This document shows positions 62,883 through 64,000 of a stretch of DNA of 64,000 nt, in pieces. How positions within the stretch are numbered: the first letter of the stretch is position 1; every line of letters begins with the position of its first letter. A program made the translations under genes and the position numbers. Origin of the DNA: Girardia tigrina (taxonomy: Eukaryota). The DNA is taken from NCBI GenBank assembly GCA_001938485.1, contig MQRK01214219.1:3698-67697 (forward strand), written 5' to 3'. Under the pieces are notes generated by a model that worked only from the letters and a program-made list of their open reading frames with translations, was not told the DNA's origin and ran no database searches.

Positions 62883-64000
62883 GTTGGTTTCAGGCCATAA
62901 TTGTGTTTTGAAATTTTAGAAAATATTTTTTAACTTACATTATTTTTAGAAATCATTTCAGTACAGGATTTTTGAAAAAAAAGGATTCTTTAGAAAATTG
63001 TTTTTAAATAATAAATTACAATAATTAAATTATTCATAATGACATTTAAATAAATAAAAATCAATCTAAAGCCTAAATAAAGAGAACTTTGAAAAAAAGC
63101 AACATAAAAGTTTATTTAATAACAAGTTCGTCATACGTGTAAGGTGAGTTTTTCTTCCATGTCAGAACACTGACAAACACATGTTATTTTTAGTTAGTCG
63201 ACCTCTTTAATTATTTTTTTACTCTAATTTTTTTATGTGAATTATTTTTATTACTTTTTCAACATAGTGAATATGAACGTACTTTATGTATTTTTTTATG
63301 TATTTAGTTCTATTAATGCATCGTGATGTGGTTTGTTAAGATTCCTATTTACGTATTTTTTTATGTATGTTTGACTATTTATTTATTATTTCTGTAATTT
63401 TTAAAATTATTATTTTATTTGGGTATTATCATTTAGAATTTAAGATTGCCGTTGATGGCGATATGGACAGTTTGAATTTAAAATTTAAATAATCAATCGC
63501 CATAAATTACAAAATTAAATTATAAATCATAATCCGGATTTTACACGGACAATATTTTTTTTTATTATTTTATTCAATTACGACACTGTCATTTTTTACG
63601 ACGAGCATATTCCTTTATTGGAGAATTATTTTTGGTTGAAAGAAGTCTTGAATATTTATATGAACGATATTTTCATCCGTCAACATCGAAAAATATTTCA
63701 CTTGATCAACTGAAAATTTATCAAATATATTTTTACCAAACGAAACATAGACAATATATATCCTATTTGTTTTAGAAAAATCACTTATCAATATTATTCT
63801 GACAATATCCTGAACCTTTTGTTTTACGTAGTTTGATTTGGGGACTGAATTGTAAAAGGTATTCTTTTACAAGTATTAAGTATTGTTGCTGTTTTCACTA
63901 TAATATATTATTATTAAAGTTGCGAAGGGTATTATTTTTTATATTCATAACAATAGTAAGTAAAAACCGATTTGTTTGTCATATATTAACCTAATCATAC

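Noticed and set aside
62883-64000. Next NF1 exon (LQEL...DIELLQYINVD-like)
   Set aside because: No matching frame after an AG was found; the exon presumably lies beyond the window.

Overview
Very AT-rich animal (invertebrate-type) genomic DNA from a gapped draft assembly; the species cannot be determined from the sequence. The one clearly recognisable host gene is the 5' end of neurofibromin (NF1, + strand): five coding exons at 34612-34671, 34741-34884, 34963-35046, 62625-62693 and 62761-62882. Three of its introns are tiny (67-78 nt) and one is 27.6 kb and filled with transposons. There is also an intact intronless 270-aa secreted-type ORF (15220-16032) and an internally deleted HECTD1 N-terminal fragment (about 26790-27041, minus strand). 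The rest is a nested transposon graveyard: Helitrons, hAT, mariner/Tc1, pogo, piggyBac-like, MULE/Phantom, MITEs, Gypsy (one with 74-76 bp LTRs), BEL/Pao, RTE-type LINEs and Penelope-like elements with minimal hammerhead ribozyme motifs. One hammerhead is split in its catalytic core by a mariner insertion. Several decayed, compact, unidentifiable ORF clusters and a four-copy TGTGAG terminus family hint at an unclassified large mobile or virus-like element. All assignments come from reading motifs by eye; no database search was run.
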